DNA of 64,000 nt, taken from Telluribacter sp. (GTDB lineage: Bacteria > Bacteroidota > Bacteroidia > Cytophagales > Spirosomataceae). Position numbers and translations under genes: made by a program. Positions 48,373-59,243 of the stretch are shown here, one piece after another. Numbering within the stretch: the first letter of the stretch is position 1; each line of letters opens with the position of its first letter. The stretch is taken from contig JBEBXQ010000007.1 of NCBI GenBank assembly GCA_040391535.1, positions 816-64,815 of the forward strand, in the 5' to 3' direction. The notes below the pieces were generated by a model. It saw only the letters and a program-made list of their open reading frames with translations. It was not told the origin of the DNA and did no database searches.

Positions 48373-49137
48373 TCAGCCGGGAAAGCCGGTCTTCTGTCTG
48401 ATATGATCACAGATCACAGCGGTCGCAATACCTACATTCAGAGATTCGGCCTGTCCGAACCGGGGAATACTGACCGCATCCGTTATCAATTCCCTTATTT
48501 CCGCACTGATACCGTGCGATTCATTTCCCATGATCACAAAGGCCCCTTCCTGCGGGAACTGATACCCGTACAATGAAACACCTTCCAGTAACATACCTAT
48601 TGTTTTTTTACCGGTGGTGTTTGCAGAAAGGTATTCCTGAATATTGGTATAATAAGGCTGAATCCTGCAAAATGATCCTTTGCTGGCCGCAATTACTTTA
48701 GGGTTATAAAATTCGGTTGTACTGTCTGAGCAGATTATTCCGTTAAAGCCATACCAGTCGGCAATACGGATAATGGTGCCCAGATTGCCGGGATCACGTA
48801 TATCGTCCAGCACAAGAGTATAGTCGCCTGATTTTATTTCAAGGGGAAGATTGGGTTTCATTTTAACTACCGCTATAGCTCCGTCGTTGGTCTGGAAACT
48901 TCCAAGGCGGGAAAGCTCATCAGGGGTTGAATTTAAAATCTCAAATTCCTCTTTGGCAAAAATACTTCCGTATTTTTGCAGGAATTCATCAGTGGCTACC
49001 AGTATTTCGGTCTTATAATCAGAAGAAAGTAGTTCCAGAACACTTTTGGTACCCTCAACGACAAACGATTGGTAATGCTGTCTGAATTTTTTTAATTGCA
49101 GCGAGTTAATATATTTTATTTGATTTTTGCTTAGCAT
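48373..49137 (-). CDS. TrmH/SpoU-family RNA 2'-O-methyltransferase
   Basis: Preferred start MLSKNQIKYINSLQLKKFR. SpoU motifs LDDIRDPGNLGTIIRIAD, IMGNESHGIS and AESLNVGIATAV. Confidence 0.85.
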   Translation of the reverse strand: MLSKNQIKYINSLQLKKFRQHYQSFVVEGTKSVLELLSSDYKTEILVATDEFLQKYGSIFAKEEFEILNSTPDELSRLGSFQTNDGAIAVVKMKPNLPLEIKSGDYTLVLDDIRDPGNLGTIIRIADWYGFNGIICSDSTTEFYNPKVIAASKGSFCRIQPYYTNIQEYLSANTTGKKTIGMLLEGVSLYGYQFPQEGAFVIMGNESHGISAEIRELITDAVSIPRFGQAESLNVGIATAVICDHIRQKTGFPG

Positions 49138-51605
49138 TGAACACGGGTAGTTGTGTAAAGATACTGGTTTTGTTATTCTTATGTTTAACGGTATTTTCCG
49201 GGTGCGCACCTACGTCTCCGTCCGGGGAGAGGTTATATTTACTGGGTACATCGAAAGTCCGGCAAAATAAGCAAATAAATAAAGAAGAACTAGAAGGATT
49301 GATCGGGGAAAAACCCAACCGCCGGTTTCTGGCGCTTCCGTTATATCCCTATCTGGGCCTGTATCGTCTGGGAGAGAGCGGATATGACAAAGCCAATCAG
49401 CAAAGAAAACTGAACATCTTACGACTGGAACTACAGCAGGAAATGGATCGTATCGGAGATACAGATGCCAGGAAATTACTGAAGGTTCAGCGTCGTTACG
49501 GCCGGAAAATCGAAAGGGCTAACAACAGAGTGGACCAGGGGAATTTTTTCATGCGTGTCCTGGGTGAGGCACCGGTATATCTGGATATCAGTAAGGTTGA
49601 ACGTAATGCAGAGAAAATGCGCCTTTACCTGTTTAATAAAGGCTTTTTTGAATCATCTGTTGCTTACCGGCTGGATACGCTGATATCAAGGGTTAAAGTA
49701 AACTACTATATCACAGAGAACCGCCCTACGCTGATCCGTAATTTCACCTATTCCACGCAAAATGCGAGAATCGACAGTGTGCTGAAAGCCAATGCGCGGC
49801 TGTCGAAAATTATCCCGGGGAGCCACTATGACGGCACTTTACTGGAAGAAGAACGTACCAATATCGAGTCATTGTTACGGGACAATGGCTATTATGGCTT
49901 CTCTCGTCAGAATATCACTTATCTGATCAATGATACCATCTCCGGTCCTGATGAGAATACCTACCGGATGGTGGACGTGAGCCTGCAGGTCAATGAAAAT
50001 CAGAAAGGAAAAGAGATTACGGTTTTTAAAGTAGATTCCATGTCTTTCGAAATTTCGGCACCTGCTAAAATCCCGATCGAATATCAGAAATATGACCGGG
50101 CTCAACTGAAAGGCATTACCTATAGTTTTCCTTACTCAAGGTATGCGCCTAAAATCCTGGATAACATGATTCAGCTTCGTCCGGGAGATTATTACAATCA
50201 GCAGAAAGAACGTGAAACCCAACGCCAGCTGTCGCTGCTCGATCAGTTCCAGTTTATTAATTATGCATTTGATACTACCGGACAGAAATTAACCGGGCAA
50301 ATCAATGCGATTCCACTGGATAAATATCAGATTTCTGCAGATTTCGGGGCAACGGTAATGCAGCTTCAGCAGACACCCGGACCGTTCGCCAATTTATCGT
50401 TTAAAGTCAGGAATATTTTCAGCGGCCTTGAAAATTTTGAGTTGAATGTGCGTGGAGGTATTGAAGCCGTGACCGGCTTCAGCGATGCCCAGTTTCTTTA
50501 CAGAAGCCAGGAACTCAGTATCAATTCCACATTGATTTTTCCTCAGATTCTTGCGCCTATCGGCAAACACTGGCACACATTGGGCCGTTATACGCCCAGA
50601 ACGCAGATCGGGATCGGGTATAACACCGTCCAGCGGCCCGAGTATGTCAGAACCAGCCTCAAATCAGGGCTGACCTATTCGTTGCAGCCTTCCACATCCA
50701 GGCTGTACAGCCTGTCTCTTATTGATCTGAATGTATTAAATACCAAGACCATTCAGCCCGAATTCCAGGATCTGCTGATCGAACTTCAGCAGCAGGGAAA
50801 TAACCTGATCAACAGTTTCAGGCGTTCATTTGTCTCTTCTATGGGCTTTTCCTATATCTACAATACAAGCGCTTATAATGGAGTCCCCAAAGACGCGGTC
50901 TATATGAAAGGGCAGTTTGAGTCGGGCGGAACTTCCATCAATCTTTTTCCGGGGCAGCAGGAAATAATCCGTGATATCTCCGGCAACGATGAGCTGGAAT
51001 TTTTTCAGTATCTGCGCTGGAATCTTGATTTGCGGAAATACTGGAAATTAGGACAGGAAACCTCTTTTGTGGCACGGATTAACTCTGGTGCTGTACATAG
51101 TTACGGCATCAGTACGGTGCCGCCTTATGAAAAATATTTCTTTGCAGGAGGTTCCAACAGTGTCAGAGCCTGGTTGCCAAGGCGGCTTGGTCCTGGCGGA
51201 CTGCCGCCCCGTGTGGCCAGTAATGATTTACTGATCGAAACACCCGGTGATTTTCTGCTGGAAGGAAATCTTGAATTCCGGAGCCACCTCGTCAATTTTT
51301 TAGGGAAAATCAATTATGCCCTCTTTCTTGATTTTGGCAATGTATGGTATCTTCCCAATAAAAATCACACAGAAACCGGAGGCGATTTCAGGATTAACCG
51401 GTTTTATAAAGAAATAGCCATAGGCACCGGAGTGGGGCTTCGTTATGACTTTACCTACTTTGTGCTTCGTTTTGACTTCGGTGCCAAAGTGTATGATCCT
51501 TACACAAAGGAATTTATGCTCGATGACCTGTCTTTAAGCCGGTTGTTTAACCGTAAAGAACCTAATTTTCTGAATATCAATATCGGAGTAGGTTATCCAT
51601 TCTGA
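49137..51605 (+). CDS. BamA/TamA-family outer-membrane protein (surface antigen D15-like), probable lipoprotein
   Basis: 822 aa. Lipobox-like LTVFSGC. C-terminal Bac_surface_Ag-type barrel (YFFAGGSNSVRAW) ending GVGYPF. The TTG start shares one base with the divergent trmH-family ATG. Confidence 0.75.
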   Translation: MNTGSCVKILVLLFLCLTVFSGCAPTSPSGERLYLLGTSKVRQNKQINKEELEGLIGEKPNRRFLALPLYPYLGLYRLGESGYDKANQQRKLNILRLELQQEMDRIGDTDARKLLKVQRRYGRKIERANNRVDQGNFFMRVLGEAPVYLDISKVERNAEKMRLYLFNKGFFESSVAYRLDTLISRVKVNYYITENRPTLIRNFTYSTQNARIDSVLKANARLSKIIPGSHYDGTLLEEERTNIESLLRDNGYYGFSRQNITYLINDTISGPDENTYRMVDVSLQVNENQKGKEITVFKVDSMSFEISAPAKIPIEYQKYDRAQLKGITYSFPYSRYAPKILDNMIQLRPGDYYNQQKERETQRQLSLLDQFQFINYAFDTTGQKLTGQINAIPLDKYQISADFGATVMQLQQTPGPFANLSFKVRNIFSGLENFELNVRGGIEAVTGFSDAQFLYRSQELSINSTLIFPQILAPIGKHWHTLGRYTPRTQIGIGYNTVQRPEYVRTSLKSGLTYSLQPSTSRLYSLSLIDLNVLNTKTIQPEFQDLLIELQQQGNNLINSFRRSFVSSMGFSYIYNTSAYNGVPKDAVYMKGQFESGGTSINLFPGQQEIIRDISGNDELEFFQYLRWNLDLRKYWKLGQETSFVARINSGAVHSYGISTVPPYEKYFFAGGSNSVRAWLPRRLGPGGLPPRVASNDLLIETPGDFLLEGNLEFRSHLVNFLGKINYALFLDFGNVWYLPNKNHTETGGDFRINRFYKEIAIGTGVGLRYDFTYFVLRFDFGAKVYDPYTKEFMLDDLSLSRLFNRKEPNFLNINIGVGYPF

Positions 51606-51664
51606 TCCTCTTAATTTTTGCTTCCCTTTAACTGACAAAGTGGCAGTCGAATCAAAATAATTCC

Positions 51665-51672
51665 TAACTTTG
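51665..51672 (+). promoter_or_regulatory. Candidate -7 box (TAACTTTG) upstream of miaB
   Basis: Matches TAnnTTTG, 63 nt upstream of the 51735 ATG. Confidence 0.3.
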
Positions 51673-51734
51673 CGTTTTGGCAGAAATACAGCTTTGCAGT
51701 AAAATACTGTGCAGAATAATCAGAATACAAAGAA

Positions 51735-53195
51735 ATGGAAAAGCAGGTAGTCGATACATTAAAAATACTATCATCCTCCGATAAGGAATCTTGTGAAATG
51801 GTGAAAATTTCGGAAAACGAACAGGCGTTACCGGGAGCCAAAAGATTATTTATTGAAAGTTATGGTTGTCAGATGAATTTCTCTGACAGTGAAATTGTGG
51901 CTTCGGTGATGAGAGATGCCGGTTTTACCACTACTTCAGAAGAGAACGAGGCTGACCTGATTTTTTTGAATACATGTGCCATCCGGGATAATGCGGAGCA
52001 GAAAGTCAGAAAGCGTTTGCAGGTGCTGAACGGAATGAAGAAACGCAAGCCGGGCCTTTTGATTGGGGTGCTGGGCTGTATGGCCGAGCGTCTGAAAACC
52101 AAACTCCTGGAAGAAGAAAAAATGGTTGATCTGGTGACAGGGCCAGATGCCTACCGTGACTTACCCCGTCTTGTGGAAGAAGCAGATTCAGGACAAAAGG
52201 CAGTGAATGTATTTTTGTCACGTGAGGAAACATATGCTGATATTTCACCTATCCGGCTGAATTCAAATGGAGTGACTGCTTTTATCTCCATTATGCGTGG
52301 CTGTGATAATATGTGCAGCTTTTGTGTGGTACCTTACACCCGTGGCCGCGAAAGAAGCCGTGACCCGCATTCCATTCTGAAGGAAGCGCAGGATCTGTTT
52401 GACAGAGGGTATCGCGAAATTACCCTGCTCGGACAAAATGTGGACAGCTATAAGTGGAAACCGGAAGGGGACGGAAATAATATAACCACTTTCGCCCATC
52501 TACTTGAAATGGTAGCGTTGGTAAGCCCGGAACTGCGTGTCAGGTTCAGTACATCGCATCCTAAGGATATTACGGATGAAGTGCTTTATACCATGAAGAA
52601 ATATGAGAATATCTGTAAATACATTCACCTGCCGGCGCAAAGCGGGAACAGCCGTATTCTCAGTCTGATGAACCGGACTTATGACCGGGAATGGTATATG
52701 GCCAAAATTGACAGTATACGTGCTATCCTGGGGAATGAATGTGGTATTTCGCACGATATGATCGCAGGGTTCTGTACTGAAACTGAGGAAGAACACCAGG
52801 ATACCCTTTCCCTGATGGAGTACGTGCAATATGATTTTGGTTATATGTTCGCTTATTCAGAAAGGCCCGGAACACCGGCTGCGAAAAAATATAAAGACGA
52901 TATCCCTGAGGAAGTCAAGAAAAGAAGACTGGCAGAAATCATTGAAGTGCAGCAGAAATGTTCACTTGACAGGAATAGGCAGGCCGTCGGGAAGGTTCAT
53001 AAAGTATTGGTTGAAGGACGGTCAAAACGCTCCGAAGATTATCTGCAGGGCAGAAATGACCAGAATAAAGTAATTGTTTTTCCAAAAGAGGAACATCAGA
53101 AGGGTGATTATGTCTACGTAATGGTAACAGATTGTACAACCGCTACCCTTATGGGGCATACCGTGACACAGGAAGTTGTTGATTGCCATGCATAA
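51735..53195 (+). CDS. miaB: tRNA (N6-isopentenyl-adenosine-37-C2)-methylthiotransferase MiaB
   Basis: 486 aa. Motifs [16 protein letters not shown], radical-SAM [19 protein letters not shown] and a C-terminal TRAM domain. An alternative ATG lies at 51798. Confidence 0.9.
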   Translation: MEKQVVDTLKILSSSDKESCEMVKISENEQALPGAKRLFIESYGCQMNFSDSEIVASVMRDAGFTTTSEENEADLIFLNTCAIRDNAEQKVRKRLQVLNGMKKRKPGLLIGVLGCMAERLKTKLLEEEKMVDLVTGPDAYRDLPRLVEEADSGQKAVNVFLSREETYADISPIRLNSNGVTAFISIMRGCDNMCSFCVVPYTRGRERSRDPHSILKEAQDLFDRGYREITLLGQNVDSYKWKPEGDGNNITTFAHLLEMVALVSPELRVRFSTSHPKDITDEVLYTMKKYENICKYIHLPAQSGNSRILSLMNRTYDREWYMAKIDSIRAILGNECGISHDMIAGFCTETEEEHQDTLSLMEYVQYDFGYMFAYSERPGTPAAKKYKDDIPEEVKKRRLAEIIEVQQKCSLDRNRQAVGKVHKVLVEGRSKRSEDYLQGRNDQNKVIVFPKEEHQKGDYVYVMVTDCTTATLMGHTVTQEVVDCHA

Positions 53196-53245
53196 TAATT
53201 GAAAAATGAGTCCGGTTATCCGGCAATTAACAGGTATTACACGCA

Positions 53246-54550
53246 ATGAATTCATCAGAATTACAAGCAATAAAAAACCGCTTTGGTATTATTGGCAATG
53301 CTCCGGATCTGAATTATGCTATTAAAGTAGCGATGCAGGTGGCATCCACTGATCTTACGGTATTGATCACGGGTGAAAGCGGAAGCGGAAAAGAATCGTT
53401 CTCCAAGATTATTCACAGCCTGAGCTCCAGGAAGCATGGTGCATTTATTGCTATCAACTGTGGTGCGATTCCCGAAGGAACCATCGATTCAGAACTGTTT
53501 GGTCATGAGAAGGGATCTTTTACAGGTGCTTCTGAAGCCCGGAAAGGATATTTTGAAACGACAAACGGCGGGACAATCTTTCTGGATGAGATCGGAGAAA
53601 TGCCTCTGGGGACTCAATCGAGGCTTTTAAGGGTGCTTGAAAACGGCGAATATATCCGTGTGGGTTCTTCAAAAACCATGCATACCAATGTCAGGGTAGT
53701 GGCTGCCACCAACGTTAACCTGCGTGAGGCTGTAGATCATGGAAAGTTTCGTGAGGACCTCTACTACCGTCTTAATACTGTACCGATTTACGTACCACCG
53801 TTGCGCGACAGGGGGGAAGACGTGCTGATGCTTTTTCGTAAATTTACTAACGACTTTGCCGAACGGTACAGAACCAATCCTGTCAGGCTGACAGACGATG
53901 CCAAGGAAATGTTGCTGAAGTATGAATTTCCGGGGAATATCCGTCAGCTCAAAAATATTGCTGAACAGATTACCATTCTGGAAACTAACAATAATGTACA
54001 TGTCAGCGGTGAGACCTTATTCCGTTATCTGAATCCGATACAGGCAGCCACCCGGAAAAAAGCACTGGTTCCTTCTACATTCGGAGAAGGCAATACTGCG
54101 TTTAATGAACGTGAACTGCTTTATAAGGTGCTGTTTGATATGCGGAGGGATATGAACGAACTGAAAAAACTGGTAAGGGATGTATTGCAGAATGAGAAAT
54201 ATGGTGGCGATATTATTGATAACCATAAGGAACTGTTCAGTACCCTGTCAGATCCTCCGCATTTTACCGGTAATCAGGAGCAGATGGAAACACACCGGTT
54301 TTTGCCGCCGAATAATCCTTCCACCCGTGTGGTGGATCTGGACCGGTATTCTGATTCCAGGAATGAAATTGAGGATGTGATTCCGCTTACTGAAGACAGT
54401 GAATCGTTTTCGCTCGAAGAAAAGGAAAAGGAGATGATCATCAAAGCACTCCGCAAAAACAGTAATAAACGAAAGTATGCGGCTCAGGCGCTGGGTATTT
54501 CTGAACGGACTTTGTACCGGAAAATCAAACAATACGGGATAGAAGAATAA
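53246..54550 (+). CDS. Sigma-54-interacting AAA+ transcriptional activator (Fis-type HTH) without an N-terminal sensor/receiver domain
   Basis: 434 aa. The AAA+ domain starts about 20 aa from the N-terminus. Walker A GESGSGKE, GSFTGA loop, Walker B TIFLDEIGEM and C-terminal HTH AAQALGISERTLYRKIKQYGI. Confidence 0.85.
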   Translation: MNSSELQAIKNRFGIIGNAPDLNYAIKVAMQVASTDLTVLITGESGSGKESFSKIIHSLSSRKHGAFIAINCGAIPEGTIDSELFGHEKGSFTGASEARKGYFETTNGGTIFLDEIGEMPLGTQSRLLRVLENGEYIRVGSSKTMHTNVRVVAATNVNLREAVDHGKFREDLYYRLNTVPIYVPPLRDRGEDVLMLFRKFTNDFAERYRTNPVRLTDDAKEMLLKYEFPGNIRQLKNIAEQITILETNNNVHVSGETLFRYLNPIQAATRKKALVPSTFGEGNTAFNERELLYKVLFDMRRDMNELKKLVRDVLQNEKYGGDIIDNHKELFSTLSDPPHFTGNQEQMETHRFLPPNNPSTRVVDLDRYSDSRNEIEDVIPLTEDSESFSLEEKEKEMIIKALRKNSNKRKYAAQALGISERTLYRKIKQYGIEE

Positions 54551-55072
54551 ATGGCGAATATAATGAATACCAGAAAACTGACACTGGTTGTTGTGCTGGC
54601 TTTGACAGTGCTTTGCAGCAGCTGCGGGATTTATTCTTTTTCGGGAACTAACCTGTCGCCTGATCTGAAGACCTTTTCCATTGCCAATATTAACATGGGA
54701 ACGGCAGGTGGACCGGCCAATATGACACAAAGTCTTACCGAGAAGCTGAAGGAATATTTTCAGCGGAATACGAGTCTCAAACTGGTGCCTGCGGGTGGCG
54801 ATCTGAGCTTTGAAGGAACCATCACCGGATATGATGTCATTACCACGCCACCAACCGCTAACGACCAGTCGGGATTTAACCGCCTGAATGTAACCGTGCA
54901 GGTGAGGTTTAGCCATTCACTGGATGAAACCAAGAATTTTGACCAGTCGTTTACATATTATATGGATTTTCCGCAGGATCAGACACTTGATCAGAACGAG
55001 AGCAGGCTGGTACCGGAAATTATGGATCAGCTGGTTCAGCAGATTTTCAATAAATCAGCCGCAGACTGGTAA
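54551..55072 (+). CDS. lptE: LptE-family LPS-assembly lipoprotein
   Basis: 173 aa. Lipobox LTVLCSSCG followed by IYSFSG. The size and the position directly after the sigma-54 activator fit Bacteroidota LptE. Confidence 0.7.
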   Translation: MANIMNTRKLTLVVVLALTVLCSSCGIYSFSGTNLSPDLKTFSIANINMGTAGGPANMTQSLTEKLKEYFQRNTSLKLVPAGGDLSFEGTITGYDVITTPPTANDQSGFNRLNVTVQVRFSHSLDETKNFDQSFTYYMDFPQDQTLDQNESRLVPEIMDQLVQQIFNKSAADW

Positions 55073-55100
55073 TCTTTACTTCATAAACCCATAAAAAACA

Positions 55101-55817
55101 ATGAACGGTTTGAATAAGGACAGATTGGCTTACTGGGTGACGTATCCGGACGAAATTGAAATGACAGAAGTGTCCCAGCTGGAAGAAATAACGGCAAAGT
55201 ATCCGTATTTTCAACTGGCCTACCTGCTGCTTGTAAAGGCAAAGGCACGCTTTGAAACTGCTGATATAGCCGAAGCCGTATCAAAAGCATCAGCCTATGC
55301 ACTGAACCGGAATGTTTTGCGCAGGATCGTTGAGAATGACCTGAACTGGAATGTACCTCCGTCCCGTACAGATGATCATGAACAGGCAGCAGTCCGGGAA
55401 GTGGGGCCGGTAATCACCGAAGCTGTTGAGACTGTACCGGAAAATCCCGGAGTAATTCAGGAAGAAAACGTGCAGGAGACGGTTACAAAAACGGAAGAAG
55501 AAATGCAGGAGGAAGAACTGGCCGCTAAAAAGATGCACAGGCAGATTATTGAAAAATTCATTAAAAATGATCCGAAAATACGACCTGTAAATGATTTTTT
55601 ATCTGAGCAGGCAGAACACTCGGATTTGTCCTTACAGGCACTTCAACCACTGAATTCAGGCAGTTTGGCGACCGAATCATTTGCAATAATTCTTGAAAAG
55701 CAGGGAAAATTTTCCAAATCAAAGGAAATATATGAAAAGTTGATTTTGAAAAACCCCGAAAAAAAGGATTACTTTGCAGAAAAAATTAAGGAATTGTCTG
55801 ACAGATTAAATAATTGA
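55101..55817 (+). CDS. Conserved hypothetical protein with an acidic central region and a TPR-like C-terminal motif
   Basis: 238 aa. N-terminal YPYFQLAYLLLVKAKA, an acidic E-rich centre and C-terminal ESFAIILEKQGKFSKSKEIYEKLILKNPEKKDYFAEKI. I cannot assign a function. Confidence 0.5.
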   Translation: MNGLNKDRLAYWVTYPDEIEMTEVSQLEEITAKYPYFQLAYLLLVKAKARFETADIAEAVSKASAYALNRNVLRRIVENDLNWNVPPSRTDDHEQAAVREVGPVITEAVETVPENPGVIQEENVQETVTKTEEEMQEEELAAKKMHRQIIEKFIKNDPKIRPVNDFLSEQAEHSDLSLQALQPLNSGSLATESFAIILEKQGKFSKSKEIYEKLILKNPEKKDYFAEKIKELSDRLNN

Positions 55818-55871
55818 TGCGGAATAAACCGCTGAAAAGAATTGAATCATCGAAATTAATTACTCATAATC

Positions 55872-56225
55872 ATGTATTTAGCTTTAGTTATTTTAATTGC
55901 CATTATTGCAGTATTGCTGGTTCTGGTTGTTTTGGTTCAAAACTCAAAGGGAGGCGGGCTTTCCAGTGAATTCGGCGGGGCAGGATCAGCCCAGATGTTC
56001 GGAGTGAAAAAAACAACCGATTTGCTGGAGCAGGTGACCTGGGGAATGGCAGGTGCCATTATGATTTTTTCTCTGGTCTCTTATGTGATGGTAAGTGGCG
56101 ACCAGCAGTCATCCAGTGTCATTAAAAGTGCCAATATAGAGAAGGCTCAAAGCACTGCTACTCCTTCAGTAGCTCCTTCCCTGGCAGCTCCTGAAACACC
56201 CGCTGCGACTGACAGTACAAATTAA
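55872..56225 (+). CDS. secG: Preprotein translocase subunit SecG
   Basis: 117 aa. TM1, then the motif LVQNSKGGGLSSEFGG, then TM2. Confidence 0.85.
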   Translation: MYLALVILIAIIAVLLVLVVLVQNSKGGGLSSEFGGAGSAQMFGVKKTTDLLEQVTWGMAGAIMIFSLVSYVMVSGDQQSSSVIKSANIEKAQSTATPSVAPSLAAPETPAATDSTN

Positions 56226-56269
56226 TAGCTGTTAAGACATTTTCCGGTTTCTTTACCGAGCCGGAAATT

Positions 56270-56364
56270 ACCCGGCATTCAGCCTTATAAATCCTGTGGA
56301 CCGATTTCATTTGATTGAAATCATTTCCGGATCTGTATAGCTGAAGGCCGGGTTTTCTTTTTTT
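56270..56364 (+). terminator. Long compound hairpin plus U-run downstream of secG
   Basis: ACCCGGCATTCAGC (56270-56283) pairs with GCTGAAGGCCGGGT (56340-56353; 13 bp plus one A/G mismatch). It encloses the perfect hairpin GATTTCA/TGAAATC (56303-56322) and is followed by TTTTCTTTTTTT. Confidence 0.5.
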
Positions 56365-56557
56365 AAACTTATCAGGGTACAGTGATGACATCGGATAATG
56401 TAAAAAAAAGGAAGGTGCAGTTGATCGTTACATAATGGTTTTAAATGTTGTTTTATTTCAGCAATCCTGAAGGCAGAAAATGGCTGAGGGGATTTTACCA
56501 ATCACAGGAATGTAACGGTATTCCTGACGTATTGTACAGGCTTTGGGTGCCATACTT

Positions 56558-56565
56558 TAAATTTG
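56558..56565 (+). promoter_or_regulatory. Candidate -7 box (TAAATTTG) with TTG 23 nt upstream, for groES-groEL
   Basis: Matches TAnnTTTG. TTG lies at 56532-56534. About 108 nt upstream of the groES ATG. Confidence 0.3.
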
Positions 56566-56673
56566 TCAGTATGATGTCTGAAAAAATGACAGGAATTGAC
56601 TTTGGCACAATTATTCTCATACAGATGGGTATCAGATGAATGTTAAAATTATATTCATAACCTTATCATAATT

Positions 56674-56970
56674 ATGTCAACATTATCAGAAGTAAAAGTG
56701 AATGTACAGCCTTTGGCAGATCGCGTGTTGGTTGAGCCGGCAGCAGCCGAAGAAAAAACAGCTTTTGGTATCATTATCCCAGATACCGCTAAAGAAAAGC
56801 CTCAGCGTGGAACAATTGTGGCAGTAGGACCAGGTAAAAAAGATGAGCCTCTGACTGTGAAAGTTGGTGATATTGTACTTTATGGTAAATATTCAGGAAC
56901 TGAATTGACCGTTGAAGGAGCAGATTACCTGATCATGCGTGAGTCTGATATCTATGCGATTATCGGATAA
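56674..56970 (+). CDS. groES: Co-chaperonin GroES
   Basis: 98 aa. Motifs [12 protein letters not shown] and [10 protein letters not shown]. Confidence 0.95.
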   Translation: MSTLSEVKVNVQPLADRVLVEPAAAEEKTAFGIIIPDTAKEKPQRGTIVAVGPGKKDEPLTVKVGDIVLYGKYSGTELTVEGADYLIMRESDIYAIIG

Positions 56971-57018
56971 TCCGGAGACGCTGTTTTTTAAAATTATAAA
57001 TTCAGATTACTAAATTAA

Positions 57019-58656
<1,638 letters not shown>

Positions 58657-58676
58657 TTCTGTCAGCCATTTATCAG

Positions 58677-58711
58677 AGCGGGGTTGTCCGGAAGGGCAAT
58701 CCCGCTTTTTT
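58677..58711 (+). terminator. Intrinsic terminator for groEL
   Basis: AGCGGGGTTG (58677-58686) pairs with CAATCCCGCT (58697-58706, one G.U), followed by TTTTTT. Confidence 0.75.
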
Positions 58712-58760
58712 ATGATCTTTTTGCTGTTTCCTTTGTCACGACAGTGCAGGATGAAGTCAT

Positions 58761-59093
58761 TTACTGCCTCGGTGCAAAATAAATGATCCCCACACCGGCA
58801 AGTGCTATCAGAGCGCCTATAATGTCAAATTTGTCAGGTTTGAAGCCATCGATTTTCCAGGCCCATATCATCGCCATAAAGATAAAGATACCGCCGTATG
58901 CTGCGTATACACGCCCGAAATTTTCAGTCTGCCACGTCGCTACTACCCCGTAAAGAGCCAGTATAATTCCTCCTGCAATTCCATACCAGTAAGGTTTTTC
59001 TTCTTTCAGCCATTGCCAGATCAGATACCCTCCGCCAATTTCACACAAGCCGGCCAGTATGAAAATCAGTATTGTTTTTGTGAATGCTATCAT
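58761..59093 (-). CDS. ynfA: YnfA-family (UPF0060) small membrane protein
   Basis: 110 aa with 4 TM helices. The N-terminus ILAGLCEIGGGYLIWQWLKE is typical of YnfA. Confidence 0.85.
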   Translation of the reverse strand: MIAFTKTILIFILAGLCEIGGGYLIWQWLKEEKPYWYGIAGGIILALYGVVATWQTENFGRVYAAYGGIFIFMAMIWAWKIDGFKPDKFDIIGALIALAGVGIIYFAPRQ

Positions 59094-59243
59094 ACGGTGT
59101 ATTGATTTCGTTAAGGATCTTTTATATAAATAACGTGAGTCGGGATAACCTTATCATCTGAAAATGCAACTCTTTCAGGTTTTTTTATAAATATTATCTT
59201 CTTTCTGTTTCTGTAATCATGTCACCACTTCGTGGTTATTTTA

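Noticed and set aside
54248-54916. 222-aa minus-strand ORF spanning the activator/lptE junction
   Set aside because: It crosses two well-supported plus-strand genes. It is Arg/His/Gln-rich low-complexity sequence with no motif.
56603-56618. TGGCAC (perfect -24-like hexamer) 70 nt upstream of groES
   Set aside because: At the required GG-N10 spacing, the -12 position reads CT instead of the near-invariant GC (TTCTC versus TTGCW). It does not qualify as a sigma-54 promoter.
56445-56639. 64-aa ORF in the secG-groES spacer
   Set aside because: It has no ribosome-binding context or recognisable motif. Its composition is odd, and it overlaps the candidate groES promoter. I treat the region as non-coding.
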